IMG/VR virus record: IMGVR_UViG_3300037189_013673
Location: 6,513-70,512 of that record
Source of the DNA: a virus
Direction: 5' to 3' (one strand)
DNA: 64,000 nt
Below are positions 8,727-18,362 of the stretch, piece by piece. The notes under the pieces are model-generated. The model searched no databases, was not told where the DNA came from, and saw only the letters and a list, made by a program, of their open reading frames with translations. Positions within the stretch are counted from its first letter, which is position 1. The number at the start of each line of letters is the position of its first letter. The position numbers were made by a program, and so were the translations under genes.

Positions 8727-10268
8727 TTATATACCACCATCTACTATAATCCAATTATTTGGTGCGCCAGTTAATATGTTTTTACCAGCTTGTCCAGCTA
8801 TTGTGTATTTTATACTTCCAAAGTTTACGTTTGTAAGGTTTGGCTGAACAGGTAATAAACTCCAGCCATTGTATATAGCATTTAAGTTTGTCGTAGAGTA
8901 ATTTAAGTTTGTTTTATTTAACATAAAGTTTAAAAAACTTGAAACATTAGATATATTCCAACTTCCTATGTTTTGATTAAAAGCTGTTGCTGAATTAAAC
9001 ATTGATGTCATATCAATAACATTAATAACATTCCAAGAATTTAATGGTTGATTAAATATAGATGCTCCTCTAAACATAAATCCCATATTTGTAGCACTGC
9101 TAACATTCCATGAATTTAATGGTTGATTGAAAGCAGTGTTAAAATTAAAAACACTTCCAAAATCAGTTACGTTGCTAACATTCCATGAATTTAATGGTTG
9201 ATTAAATGAAGTAGCTGTTGCAAACATTCCAAAAATACTTAAAGCACTAATTAAATTCCAAGAATTTAATGGTTGATTAAAATTAGTAGCGTTAGAAAAC
9301 ATAGAGGCAAAAGTTTGAACATTACTTACATTCCAAGAATTAATATTGTAATTAAATGGTGTACTTTGAAACATACTATTCATATTAATAACTGAAGAAA
9401 CATTCCAGTTACTTAAATTATCATTAAAGTTACTATTTGAAAATAAATCATCCATAAAAGTAACATTACTTACATTCCATTGATTAATATTATTAATAGT
9501 AGTTAATGAATTACAACTGTTAAACATAGATGTTAATATAGTCGTTCCTGTTAAATTTAAAACACCTACAACAGAAGATAAGTTTAAATTTTGACAAAAA
9601 GCAAAATAATTACCAGTATTTCCAAGTTTTAAAGTTCCCCAGTTAGAAATTGAAAGTATTTTATTCCTATCTCCAGTAAAATTAAATACAAAACCTGTTA
9701 TTGTACCTGTTATAGTAATAGTATAAGTACCTGCTACTGCATAAGTATGAAGTGTCTGAGCTTGATTCCAAACTGTGATTGTGTTTTGAGTGCCATCTCC
9801 CCAGTTTACTACAAAGTTATAAGTTCCTGAAGAATCTAAAGGTAATTGTACTTGGTTAGCAGCGCTTGAACCTACTGTTGTATTACTAGTATTCCAAGTA
9901 GAAATGAATGCTGTTGAAACCACTTCTAAAGCTCCATATATATAATAACTACTAGAAACATAAATAGTATCGCCGCTATATTGAAATAAACCTTGATTTA
10001 AGCTATTTAAAGCGCTAACTACTGATTGAATATTATTACTACTCAAAGAAACAGAATAATAGACAGGTGTAGTGTTTGATGTATTAGAAATATAAATAGT
10101 AACTAAATAACTTCCGCTATAATTTTCAGTAGTTAAATTCCAACTATACATTCTATCGGAGTTACTTGCTGAATTTATATTTGGTATAGCTTTTAATATC
10201 TCAATAGATTGTGAAAAGCTTGTGTTATTTTTAATTCTTAAAACTATTTGTGTTTCTACTTTTCTCAT
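8727..10268 (-). CDS. PKD + DUF285/BspA-type repeat protein, putative receptor-binding spike
   Basis: VNWGDG...HTY..AGTYTITI (PKD); tandem 25-aa FNQPLNSWNVSNV..M..MF repeats. Confidence 0.85.
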   Translation of the reverse strand: MRKVETQIVLRIKNNTSFSQSIEILKAIPNINSASNSDRMYSWNLTTENYSGSYLVTIYISNTSNTTPVYYSVSLSSNNIQSVVSALNSLNQGLFQYSGDTIYVSSSYYIYGALEVVSTAFISTWNTSNTTVGSSAANQVQLPLDSSGTYNFVVNWGDGTQNTITVWNQAQTLHTYAVAGTYTITITGTITGFVFNFTGDRNKILSISNWGTLKLGNTGNYFAFCQNLNLSSVVGVLNLTGTTILTSMFNSCNSLTTINNINQWNVSNVTFMDDLFSNSNFNDNLSNWNVSSVINMNSMFQSTPFNYNINSWNVSNVQTFASMFSNATNFNQPLNSWNLISALSIFGMFATATSFNQPLNSWNVSNVTDFGSVFNFNTAFNQPLNSWNVSSATNMGFMFRGASIFNQPLNSWNVINVIDMTSMFNSATAFNQNIGSWNISNVSSFLNFMLNKTNLNYSTTNLNAIYNGWSLLPVQPNLTNVNFGSIKYTIAGQAGKNILTGAPNNWIIVDGGI

Positions 10269-10738
10269 AATTTTTTATTTTTTAAAAGTAAATAAACCGT
10301 GAATCCAATTATTGCTACACTAGTCCATCTTAAAACTTGAGGAGAAATATAACTTTTATTTTTAGCTAAATTTACAAAATGCTCACAATTAAAGTTTATA
10401 AAATCATATTTGTAATCTTTAAGTATTTTAACTAATTCATCAATGTCATTAACGTTTAGATTTGTTTTTTCTACACTTACAATATCTCTACCTTTAATCC
10501 ATTTATCTAATTTTTCTTTAGTTGTATTGCCACCTTTTGAATTAACTTTATCAGGGTGATTATGAATTATATAAATATCATCTTCATCTTTTTGTATAAT
10601 TCCATAATGATAAATAATTGGTAAAATATTAGCTTTAGTTTTTATTAAATCTCCAGTTTCTAATTTACTAATTATATAACTTCTATTATCAATTTTTAAT
10701 TTATTTAGTTTATTATTAAAGTTCCTTGTTGTAATCAT
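10265..10738 (-). CDS. LRAT / H-box-NC (permuted NlpC/P60) protein with C-terminal TM
   Basis: GDLI, HYGI, IIH, Y....NCEHFV motifs. Confidence 0.8.
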   Translation of the reverse strand: MITTRNFNNKLNKLKIDNRSYIISKLETGDLIKTKANILPIIYHYGIIQKDEDDIYIIHNHPDKVNSKGGNTTKEKLDKWIKGRDIVSVEKTNLNVNDIDELVKILKDYKYDFINFNCEHFVNLAKNKSYISPQVLRWTSVAIIGFTVYLLLKNKKL

Positions 10739-11165
10739 CTAAAACGTTAAAAAATTCATCTTGAAAAAAATGTGTTGGTGTTACAAAATCTTTATTAGCT
10801 ATCTGAGTTGTAAAAATAACCATCTGTATAACTTCGTTTGGTAAAATAGAAAAACCTAAACCAGTTCTACCATCTAGTACTACATTATCTTCTAAAGGTT
10901 CATAATATGATGCTGTTATAATTTGATAAGGGTCAATTAAAACGTTTTGAGTAAAAGCTTTAATATTACCATTAACATCATAATGATTATATTGATAAGG
11001 TTGAAATAATTGCTCTAATGAACTAGTATTTATATAAGTTTTATTTATTTTATATGAATATCCAGATTGAGAATTGACAATAGTATTGTACTTAGTGTCA
11101 TCTACACTTATTACAGATACTACTCCGGTAGAATAAATATTTATTGTCGGATTGTAAACTCCCAT
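10716..11165 (-). CDS. Divergent paralog of the 233-aa capsid-like proteins (putative minor capsid/vertex protein)
   Basis: Shares TY, Q, DxNGN, IDPYQ and [IL]DGxTxL in order with ORFs 29405/30130. Confidence 0.6.
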   Translation of the reverse strand: MGVYNPTINIYSTGVVSVISVDDTKYNTIVNSQSGYSYKINKTYINTSSLEQLFQPYQYNHYDVNGNIKAFTQNVLIDPYQIITASYYEPLEDNVVLDGRTGLGFSILPNEVIQMVIFTTQIANKDFVTPTHFFQDEFFNVLDDYNKEL

Positions 11166-11166
11166 T

Positions 11167-11511
11167 TTATACTTTTTGTTCTTCTGCTAAAACTTTACCG
11201 TCTTTAGACATAGCTCTTAATAAACCTGTTTTTTTATTAGGTATTACTTTTATGCCATAATCTTGGAAAATAATAGCACTTAATTTATTTAATTCCGTTT
11301 TACTTTCTTTATTATCTATAGCTGCTCGCATGCCTTCTAAAGCTACAACAGCATTTTCTTTGTCTTTTAATTTTTTATCATCTGCAATTTTTGGTTCAGG
11401 ATATTTTGGCTCTGAAGAAATTGAATTGCTTTTATTTTTAGGCATTAAAAGATAAACAAGAACAAAAGCTCCTGCTAAAGTTATAAGTAATGTTTTTGTC
11501 GTTTTATTCAT
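11167..11511 (-). CDS. Small protein with N-terminal TM helix
   Basis: LLITLAGAFVLVYLLM. Confidence 0.75.
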   Translation of the reverse strand: MNKTTKTLLITLAGAFVLVYLLMPKNKSNSISSEPKYPEPKIADDKKLKDKENAVVALEGMRAAIDNKESKTELNKLSAIIFQDYGIKVIPNKKTGLLRAMSKDGKVLAEEQKV

Positions 11512-11513
11512 GA

Positions 11514-11876
11514 CTATTTTTTAAATTTTGCTAATAATATTACTGAAGCTAATAAAAGTACTGAACCACCTAAAATGATGTATGCAGTATATCTTTTAGA
11601 TTTTATACTTCCTTCTACTTGTTGTAAGTTTTTTTGAGCCAAATAATCATAAACTATTTTTTGCTTTGCAACTTCTCCTTGAACAACTTGTAAATGCTGT
11701 TGTAATTCTTTTTGTTGTGCTAAATCTAATTTAGCTAATTGTTCTTCTAAATCTCTTTGTTTTGAAGCGGTTTCTTTAGCAAAAACACCAGATATAATAG
11801 TTGATACTATCATTCCACCAGCTTGAATTGCTCCCCCTGTTAAACCACTACCTGCATTTGCTACTTCTCCTGCCAT
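11514..11876 (-). CDS. Gly/Ala-rich coiled-coil protein with C-terminal TM
   Basis: Gln-rich coil; YIILGGSVLLLASVILLAKFKK. Confidence 0.75.
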   Translation of the reverse strand: MAGEVANAGSGLTGGAIQAGGMIVSTIISGVFAKETASKQRDLEEQLAKLDLAQQKELQQHLQVVQGEVAKQKIVYDYLAQKNLQQVEGSIKSKRYTAYIILGGSVLLLASVILLAKFKK

Positions 11877-11878
11877 AA

Positions 11879-12214
11879 TTAATCTTTTGAAAACATTAAA
11901 TATAAACCATAAAAAGAACCCATTCCTATTCCAAGTCCAGCTACATAAATACCTGTATCTTTTAATCTAGCAGTGCTTTCTTTTTGTAATGATTCTCTAT
12001 AAGCAAGTAATGAACTTGCTAAAATACCTGTCCTTGCTGTTTCTTGCTCAATACGCAATTTTTCCATTGCTAATTTTTCATTAGAAGCTAATTGAGCCAA
12101 AGCTATTCTTTTTCCTTGTTCTAATTGTTTTTCAGCTTGTTTCTTAGCTGCTTGATTTCCTATAACACTCATTCCAATAGAAATAACTGTACCACCTACT
12201 GCTACCCACGTCAT
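11879..12214 (-). CDS. Small membrane/ejection-like protein
   Basis: MTWVAVGG hydrophobic N-terminus, coil, hydrophobic C-terminus. Confidence 0.7.
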   Translation of the reverse strand: MTWVAVGGTVISIGMSVIGNQAAKKQAEKQLEQGKRIALAQLASNEKLAMEKLRIEQETARTGILASSLLAYRESLQKESTARLKDTGIYVAGLGIGMGSFYGLYLMFSKD

Positions 12215-12216
12215 AA

Positions 12217-12699
12217 TTAATTTTTTAAAAGTTTATAATTTTCATATTCTTCATAAGAGGAAACTACAAACATATCCTCTAATTTATCAAGTTCTTTTAT
12301 ATTATTTGGATTAGGATGAACAGTTACGAAAACAGTATCTTCTAAAATAACAAGTACTCTTTTAGTTCCTGCTTTAGCATTTCCGTAATAAGGAGCTTCT
12401 ATTTCTTTAATCCCATCTTCGGTAAACATTCTTATTTTACCTTTCATTAAAAAGAAAGTGTGATATAGTATATGTATTTTACCTATAACAAACATTCCTT
12501 TAGGCATAAATATTTCTCTTGCATAAATACCTTCTGAAAATGAATGAGTTAAAGGCAACTCGTCTGAATCGCCTTTTATAATATCTGGAGAATCGCTATT
12601 TAATAACAAGCTTTCGATGTATTTAACTTGCTCACGAAAATTTGAACCATCTGGCTCAAATATTATTTGTTGATTATTTGCTAATTCTATATTTGACAT
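12217..12699 (-). CDS. Phage cupin-fold protein
   Basis: H.F..GIYAREI.MPKG...GKIH...H; GTKRV...LEDTVFVTVH. Confidence 0.75.
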   Translation of the reverse strand: MSNIELANNQQIIFEPDGSNFREQVKYIESLLLNSDSPDIIKGDSDELPLTHSFSEGIYAREIFMPKGMFVIGKIHILYHTFFLMKGKIRMFTEDGIKEIEAPYYGNAKAGTKRVLVILEDTVFVTVHPNPNNIKELDKLEDMFVVSSYEEYENYKLLKN

Positions 12700-12755
12700 T
12701 TTATAAAAAAATTAGATAAATATAGCAATATTACAAAAATTATTCTTACTAGTAA

Positions 12756-13631
12756 TTATTTTAAAGCATTAATTATTAGTTTTTTATCAAATATTTCATT
12801 AAGGTCATTATATGGAAGTGTTGCTATATCTTCAAAAAGTAAATGTTTAGCAAAATATGGGTGGTCTCTATCTACTATTTTAGTTGCTGGATTTGCCATT
12901 ATGTTATTATGCATATCATAACCAAATACTTTTGGATTGGTTCCTACCCAAGTAACTACAGAAGGTAAGTTTAAAGCCGCAGCTATGTGCATACTACTAC
13001 TATCAATTAACAATCTTTTAGTTGATAATGTTAATAAAATGGCTATACTTCTAAAATTATCTAATGCTCCTACAGTATCTCCGTAAACTAATTGGTCTTG
13101 TCTTTTTATATGCAATATTGAATAATCATTTTTAAAATATTCTATTATATCTACCATTATAGTTGAAGGAATATCTCTTGTCCAGCTATACATTAATGGT
13201 TGCCCAATTCCTCCTCCATGTGGTTGAATTGCCATAATTGGTTTATCTAACTTATAAAATGGTTCGAAATATTGTTTTTCTGCTTTAGAAATAAATAATT
13301 CAGGCATTTCTCCATCATATTTGACATTATACATATCACACCAAATTTCAAGTAAGTGCTTGCTTTCAGTAATATAATCAGAAGTATGATAAGGGTCAGA
13401 TACAAAAACTTTAGCATCTTTAGATTCAATATGGTTTATGTAAATACCATTTTGTTTACCTGATTCAATTACTCTATTTACGTTTGGATTTGCTATAAAG
13501 ACATCAGGATAACCTGTAATTACAATAATATTTGCTTTTCTATATTGCTTTTTAATTGCTTTAAGAACAGCAGTTGCCATTACGTTTTTTCCAAGTCCAC
13601 CATCTATCGAAAATATTATTGTGTTTGCCAT
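12756..13631 (-). CDS. Glycosyltransferase (GT9/heptosyltransferase-like)
   Basis: GGLGKNV...A.L; IDSS..H.AAALNLPSVV.W..T.P..FGY. Confidence 0.8.
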   Translation of the reverse strand: MANTIIFSIDGGLGKNVMATAVLKAIKKQYRKANIIVITGYPDVFIANPNVNRVIESGKQNGIYINHIESKDAKVFVSDPYHTSDYITESKHLLEIWCDMYNVKYDGEMPELFISKAEKQYFEPFYKLDKPIMAIQPHGGGIGQPLMYSWTRDIPSTIMVDIIEYFKNDYSILHIKRQDQLVYGDTVGALDNFRSIAILLTLSTKRLLIDSSSMHIAAALNLPSVVTWVGTNPKVFGYDMHNNIMANPATKIVDRDHPYFAKHLLFEDIATLPYNDLNEIFDKKLIINALK

Positions 13632-13632
13632 T

Positions 13633-13857
13633 TTAATCTTTTTTATTTTGTTTATTAGTTACTCCATAATCTGAAAAAGTGTACCACATTCTTTCATGTA
13701 AAAAATATATAATTGGTTTTATGCAAATTTCACTTAATCCTATACTACCAGCTACCCAAAAGTTGCCAGTAAAGAAATAAGATATTAAGCAAGTCTGCAT
13801 AGTTCCCAAGCATCTATAACTTATTGCTTTTGCTATATGTCTTTTAAAGTTTACCAT
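13633..13857 (-). CDS. DUF2061 small membrane protein
   Basis: RH.AKAISYR..GT ... YFLHER.W. Confidence 0.8.
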   Translation of the reverse strand: MVNFKRHIAKAISYRCLGTMQTCLISYFFTGNFWVAGSIGLSEICIKPIIYFLHERMWYTFSDYGVTNKQNKKD

Positions 13858-14248
13858 CTTTTCTTAATTGCTCTCTTACTTTTGTTGCTGAAACTTCTGC
13901 TATTTCTTTTGGTGGTATATGCTCAATAATATCATACCCAACTCCTCTACCAAATTCAACAGAGCAAATATCTGGAATTATTATTACTTTAACTTTACCT
14001 GTATTTACTAATAAAGCTAATTGTTCTTCAATATTTTCTTTTATATCCTCTGCTTTAAAAGGATTCTTTTCATTTATTTTTACATCTCTAATTGCTATAC
14101 AAACTTTTTTACCTTCATTTAATGCTCTATTAAATAATGCTTTATGTGATGAATGTAAAGGTTGCCAACGACCAATAAATAAAGCATATTGCTCTTTTTT
14201 TGCTGGTAAAGTTGATTCAACATGAATATTTTTATCCCAATTTTCCAT
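13844..14248 (-). CDS. HxGH-class nucleotidyltransferase (cytidylyltransferase-like)
   Basis: FIGRWQPLHSSH and VSATKVR. Confidence 0.8.
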   Translation of the reverse strand: MENWDKNIHVESTLPAKKEQYALFIGRWQPLHSSHKALFNRALNEGKKVCIAIRDVKINEKNPFKAEDIKENIEEQLALLVNTGKVKVIIIPDICSVEFGRGVGYDIIEHIPPKEIAEVSATKVREQLRKDGKL

Positions 14249-14554
14249 TTAACTTATTGTTGCTATATTATTATAAAATTCAACCTTGTTTGCTTGTAAA
14301 ACTATATGATGCTTATATCCTCCTAAATCTTCGTAAAATTCACTTTCAGTTTTGCATGGTATTTTAATTTGAACTTCGCTTGTTTGATATTCAATGCCAT
14401 CTACAATTACTCTCCATTTTGTAGTTCCATCAAAATCATTAAAGTTAAATCTAATTTGAATATATTGAGTTTGATTTTCTTTTTTAAGAATAATTTTTTT
14501 GCCTTCTAAAATAAAACTTTGTAATATTTCTTTAGTAGTTTGCTTAATCATCAT
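14249..14554 (-). CDS. Hypothetical protein
   Basis: 101-aa ORF within cassette. Confidence 0.65.
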   Translation of the reverse strand: MMIKQTTKEILQSFILEGKKIILKKENQTQYIQIRFNFNDFDGTTKWRVIVDGIEYQTSEVQIKIPCKTESEFYEDLGGYKHHIVLQANKVEFYNNIATIS

Positions 14555-15014
14555 TTTTATTTTTTAAGTTTATTTTATCAAGCAATTCGTTTACAGAAGT
14601 CAATTCATCAACATCAGTTGTATCTATATCAATAAAATTGCTTTCTGGATATTCATAGTTTTCAACATGAAAATTTTCTCTACCTCTAATATTTGTAGTA
14701 TGAACAAATATTTCAGTTACATCAGCTTCAAACTTAAATTTTTCTCTAATATCTAAATATGGAGATACAACTGCGATAATAACATCAAATTCTTCGGTTG
14801 TGTCCAAGTATTTTGCAATATTATAGGCAGTAGTAATATTATATCTTCTACCAGCTTCTGAATAGTCTTTATTTGTAATTATTTTGCGCAAAATATCGCC
14901 ATCAACTACAAATGCTTTTCTTTCAGGTCTTGATATTTCAAGCACTTTTTTTAAGTGATTTGCTAAAGTGGTTTTACCAGAATGAGGTTGACCGATAAAA
15001 TTGTAGATTGCCAT
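14544..15014 (-). CDS. cysC: Adenylylsulfate (APS) kinase
   Basis: GQPHSGKTTLA P-loop, DGD.LR, DYS..GR..N, VSPY..R, YE.P. Confidence 0.8.
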   Translation of the reverse strand: MAIYNFIGQPHSGKTTLANHLKKVLEISRPERKAFVVDGDILRKIITNKDYSEAGRRYNITTAYNIAKYLDTTEEFDVIIAVVSPYLDIREKFKFEADVTEIFVHTTNIRGRENFHVENYEYPESNFIDIDTTDVDELTSVNELLDKINLKNKNDD

Positions 15015-15042
15015 GATGTTTTAGTTTAAGTTTTTGGTTTAA

Positions 15043-15050
15043 CAAATATA
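15043..15050 (-). promoter_or_regulatory. Bacteroidota -7 promoter element
   Basis: caaatata on + = TATATTTG on -, upstream of cysC. Confidence 0.6.
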
Positions 15051-15060
15051 ATAAAAATTA

Positions 15061-15882
15061 TTATACATAACCAAAATAGTCATAAAACCATTTATAAGTA
15101 TTTTTTATATCTCTTGAGTTTTCAAATCCTAAAACATCTTCAAAATCATCTTCTAACTTTTCAAACTTTGGTCTTAATTGGTGGTCGCCATAAATACCAT
15201 GAAAAACATCATTTTCTTGTGTATGTTGTGTTATATTTACAAAATCATGCTTATCATAATAAGGTAAATCAAAATACTCATACAAGCGCTTAATTTCAAT
15301 TTCTGGATTAGCCATTAAATCTTCATATCTAATAAAAAGTATATTTTTGTCAATCTTCTGGTCTATTACATCTTTTAAACCTTCTATAGAAGTTCCGACA
15401 GGTGTTCCATTTGCCCAAATATCAAGTCTTTTTCTTAAAGTAGTTCCTTGAAGTTGCATTGGGTTTTGAACATGATTTTCTTTATGTGGATTTTTTCTAA
15501 AGTTTTTCTCCATAGAAGCATAAATAGAACGTAAATCTCTAACCATACATACCATTTTAGGTGTATTGTAAAACATATTAGTAAAACGATAGTTAGTAAT
15601 CCATGCTCTGCTTTTATCTAAAACATAAGGTTTTTGTGTAATAGCATTAAAGTAACCATCTATTGATGCTCTACAAAAATGCAAAAAAGCAATATCCATT
15701 AATTTGGCATCTTGCGTTTTAAAGTTTGGAGATTGTTGAAAACTTGCTCTTGCCCCAAGTATTAAATCTAAAAATCCACTTGTAGGTGTGCAATAAAATT
15801 GAGGATTTTGTGCTATAATATTACTCAACAAAGTTGAACCAGCACGAGGTAATGATGAATTAAAGAAATAACTTCTTTCCAT
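15061..15882 (-). CDS. Sulfotransferase
   Basis: SLPRAGSTLL PAPS-binding loop, DKSR.W, VRDLRSI.AS, RYEDL..NP. Confidence 0.85.
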   Translation of the reverse strand: MERSYFFNSSLPRAGSTLLSNIIAQNPQFYCTPTSGFLDLILGARASFQQSPNFKTQDAKLMDIAFLHFCRASIDGYFNAITQKPYVLDKSRAWITNYRFTNMFYNTPKMVCMVRDLRSIYASMEKNFRKNPHKENHVQNPMQLQGTTLRKRLDIWANGTPVGTSIEGLKDVIDQKIDKNILFIRYEDLMANPEIEIKRLYEYFDLPYYDKHDFVNITQHTQENDVFHGIYGDHQLRPKFEKLEDDFEDVLGFENSRDIKNTYKWFYDYFGYV

Positions 15883-15910
15883 AGTGTTTATTTTAAGTTA
15901 GTTTTGGTTT

Positions 15911-16273
15911 TTATGATTTTGGCGCATCCGTATTGGATTCTGGTGGAGTTGCTATTTTTTGTTTTGGTATAGGCATATTTTCTTTTGCAGTTTGTAATTC
16001 TGCAATCAAGCTATCTACCAAAGTTTTTAATTCAGCATCATCTATATCTGTAAAAGAATCTTTACATTGCCATCTTACTTCGTTGTAACCAAATATATTG
16101 ATTGCGTGAAAATCAGTAACTAAAGTTAGATTGTCTGCTGGTTTTTTAGAAAATATTTGATTAATAACTGCTTGAACAGTTTTTAATGTATCAGTTCTAA
16201 CCTTTAAAGATAAATCTTTTGAATTGATTTGAGTTTCGCCATATCCAAAGATATGAATTGTAAAATTTTCCAT
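15911..16273 (-). CDS. Hypothetical protein
   Basis: 120-aa ORF downstream of fibre gene. Confidence 0.7.
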   Translation of the reverse strand: MENFTIHIFGYGETQINSKDLSLKVRTDTLKTVQAVINQIFSKKPADNLTLVTDFHAINIFGYNEVRWQCKDSFTDIDDAELKTLVDSLIAELQTAKENMPIPKQKIATPPESNTDAPKS

Positions 16274-16300
16274 TTTATTTTTTTTATTTTAATTTATTTT

Positions 16301-18358
16301 TTAAGGCACAATAGTAAGTATGTTTAAATTACTCCAAACCGAACCTCTTGGTAAACCAGATGAACTTGTAGGTATATCCATAATAGATAAGTTATTTACA
16401 AATGTAGCAAATTCTCTGTTAGCAGTTATGGTAGTTCCAATAATATTGACATTAGAAAAAGAATTAGTATAATTTTGTTTACCTCCTAATATACTACTAT
16501 AATATGAATTATTACAATTTCTATAACCACCAACTATTATGCTATACAAACCACTATAAATTGTATTTTTATATCCTCCTCCTAAAAATGCTTTTCTACT
16601 TCCAGACATTAAATTATTATACCCTCCTCCTAAAAATGAATAATTACTACCATTACATATTCGGTTGTTTTGACCACTTCCAATAAAAGTATTTGTATTA
16701 TCGTTGACAATATGATTGTCATAACCTCCTACAATTACGTTGTGGATACGAATACCAATACCTTCAATTCTATTAGAACAACCTCCACCTATAAAATTAT
16801 TTTGTGAACAAGAACCACAAGAAGTACTCGTAATATAATTATCATTTCCACCTACAATTATATTATAAAAACTATTATATAACGTGCAAATTTTATTATT
16901 ATTTCCACCACCTATAAAAGAACAATTACCATTTATAAAATTAGTATATCCTCCAACAATTACATTTCCAATACCATAATTAATATTATCACTTCCCCCA
17001 CCAATAAAACTTCTACTACCAGTTTTCATTGTATTACCAGCACCTCCAACAATTACATTTGTACAACCACTATAATTTTGACACATTTTATTTAAACTTC
17101 CTCCACCTATAAATGAGTAAGTATTACCATTACCAATGATGCAATTACTTTCTCCACCAACTATTGTAGAAGATTGATTATATCCACAAATTGTATTAAA
17201 ACTACCTCCTACAATTATAGAACCAAAAGATTGTCCAAATTCTTGTATTTTGTTATTTCCACCACCACCTATAAAACCATAACCATTTGAAACAACATTA
17301 TTACTTCCACCACCTATAAAACCATAAAGACCAGAATTTATATTACATATACCACCAACAATTATACTGAAATTATTACTTGTAATATTGTTACAACCTC
17401 CAACAATTATATTGTAAGCGTTATTAATAAGATTACAACAACCACCTCCAATAAAACTAAAATTTCCATCACTTATTATATTGTAATTACCATTAACTAT
17501 ACTTACTCCAGTGCCATTTCTAATACAATTCCTATCACCATTACCTATAAATGCTAAATGAATTTCACCCCCAAGAATTGTAGTTATTTTATTTTGAACG
17601 CCACCAGATATTACACTCTCTGAAACATATCCACAAATTTTATTACTATCACCTCCACCTATTATACTATATCCTACATCGCCAGTAGTACAAATGTAAT
17701 TTGAAAGTCCCCCACCAATTACAGAATTTCTATCAAAAGATTTATTATTAATACCTCCAGAAATTAAACTACCATTTAAAGATGCACAATTATTTTTGCC
17801 ACCACCAACTATTGAATATGCACCAGATGCGATATTACCACCACCTCCTCCAACTGTTGAATAATCGTTAGAAGCCACATTATAATATCCTCCTCCAATT
17901 GTACTCGCAAATGAAGATGAAATATTTCCAGAGCCACCACCAATTACACTAAATGAATAAGTAGAATAATTAAATCTACCTCCAGAAACTACTGAATTAC
18001 AACCATACGCATGATTATTATACCCAGAACCTACAAAGCCATAAAGACCAGTACGATTTTGATGACCTCCACCAATAAATGAGTTATAACCAGAAATATT
18101 ACCTATTCCACCACCTATTGTAGAATAACTACCACAAGCATTATTACAAGCACCTAAAACTGGTTGTATTCCATTACCATTTGCATTAAATTTAAAAGGA
18201 CTTGAACCTCCTCCACCACCTATATATGAAGATAATGGAGTAGTTTGACCTCTTACATCTTTAAGAATAAGTATTCCATCTGAATTTTTAAAAATAGCTA
18301 AGCTATTACCTTCTGGAGTAAATATATTTTGAGCACTTGATACTGTTAAATTTCCCAT
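16301..18358 (-). CDS. Gly/Asn-rich beta-solenoid fibre/spike protein
   Basis: Dozens of S(F/I)IGGGxxN repeats; C-terminal IPTSSSGLP.G.VW motif. Confidence 0.8.
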   Translation of the reverse strand: MGNLTVSSAQNIFTPEGNSLAIFKNSDGILILKDVRGQTTPLSSYIGGGGGSSPFKFNANGNGIQPVLGACNNACGSYSTIGGGIGNISGYNSFIGGGHQNRTGLYGFVGSGYNNHAYGCNSVVSGGRFNYSTYSFSVIGGGSGNISSSFASTIGGGYYNVASNDYSTVGGGGGNIASGAYSIVGGGKNNCASLNGSLISGGINNKSFDRNSVIGGGLSNYICTTGDVGYSIIGGGDSNKICGYVSESVISGGVQNKITTILGGEIHLAFIGNGDRNCIRNGTGVSIVNGNYNIISDGNFSFIGGGCCNLINNAYNIIVGGCNNITSNNFSIIVGGICNINSGLYGFIGGGSNNVVSNGYGFIGGGGNNKIQEFGQSFGSIIVGGSFNTICGYNQSSTIVGGESNCIIGNGNTYSFIGGGSLNKMCQNYSGCTNVIVGGAGNTMKTGSRSFIGGGSDNINYGIGNVIVGGYTNFINGNCSFIGGGNNNKICTLYNSFYNIIVGGNDNYITSTSCGSCSQNNFIGGGCSNRIEGIGIRIHNVIVGGYDNHIVNDNTNTFIGSGQNNRICNGSNYSFLGGGYNNLMSGSRKAFLGGGYKNTIYSGLYSIIVGGYRNCNNSYYSSILGGKQNYTNSFSNVNIIGTTITANREFATFVNNLSIMDIPTSSSGLPRGSVWSNLNILTIVP

Positions 18359-18362
18359 TTTT

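Noticed and set aside
8727-18358. Diversity-generating retroelement acting on the spike genes
   Set aside because: No reverse transcriptase and no template/variable repeat pair seen in the window
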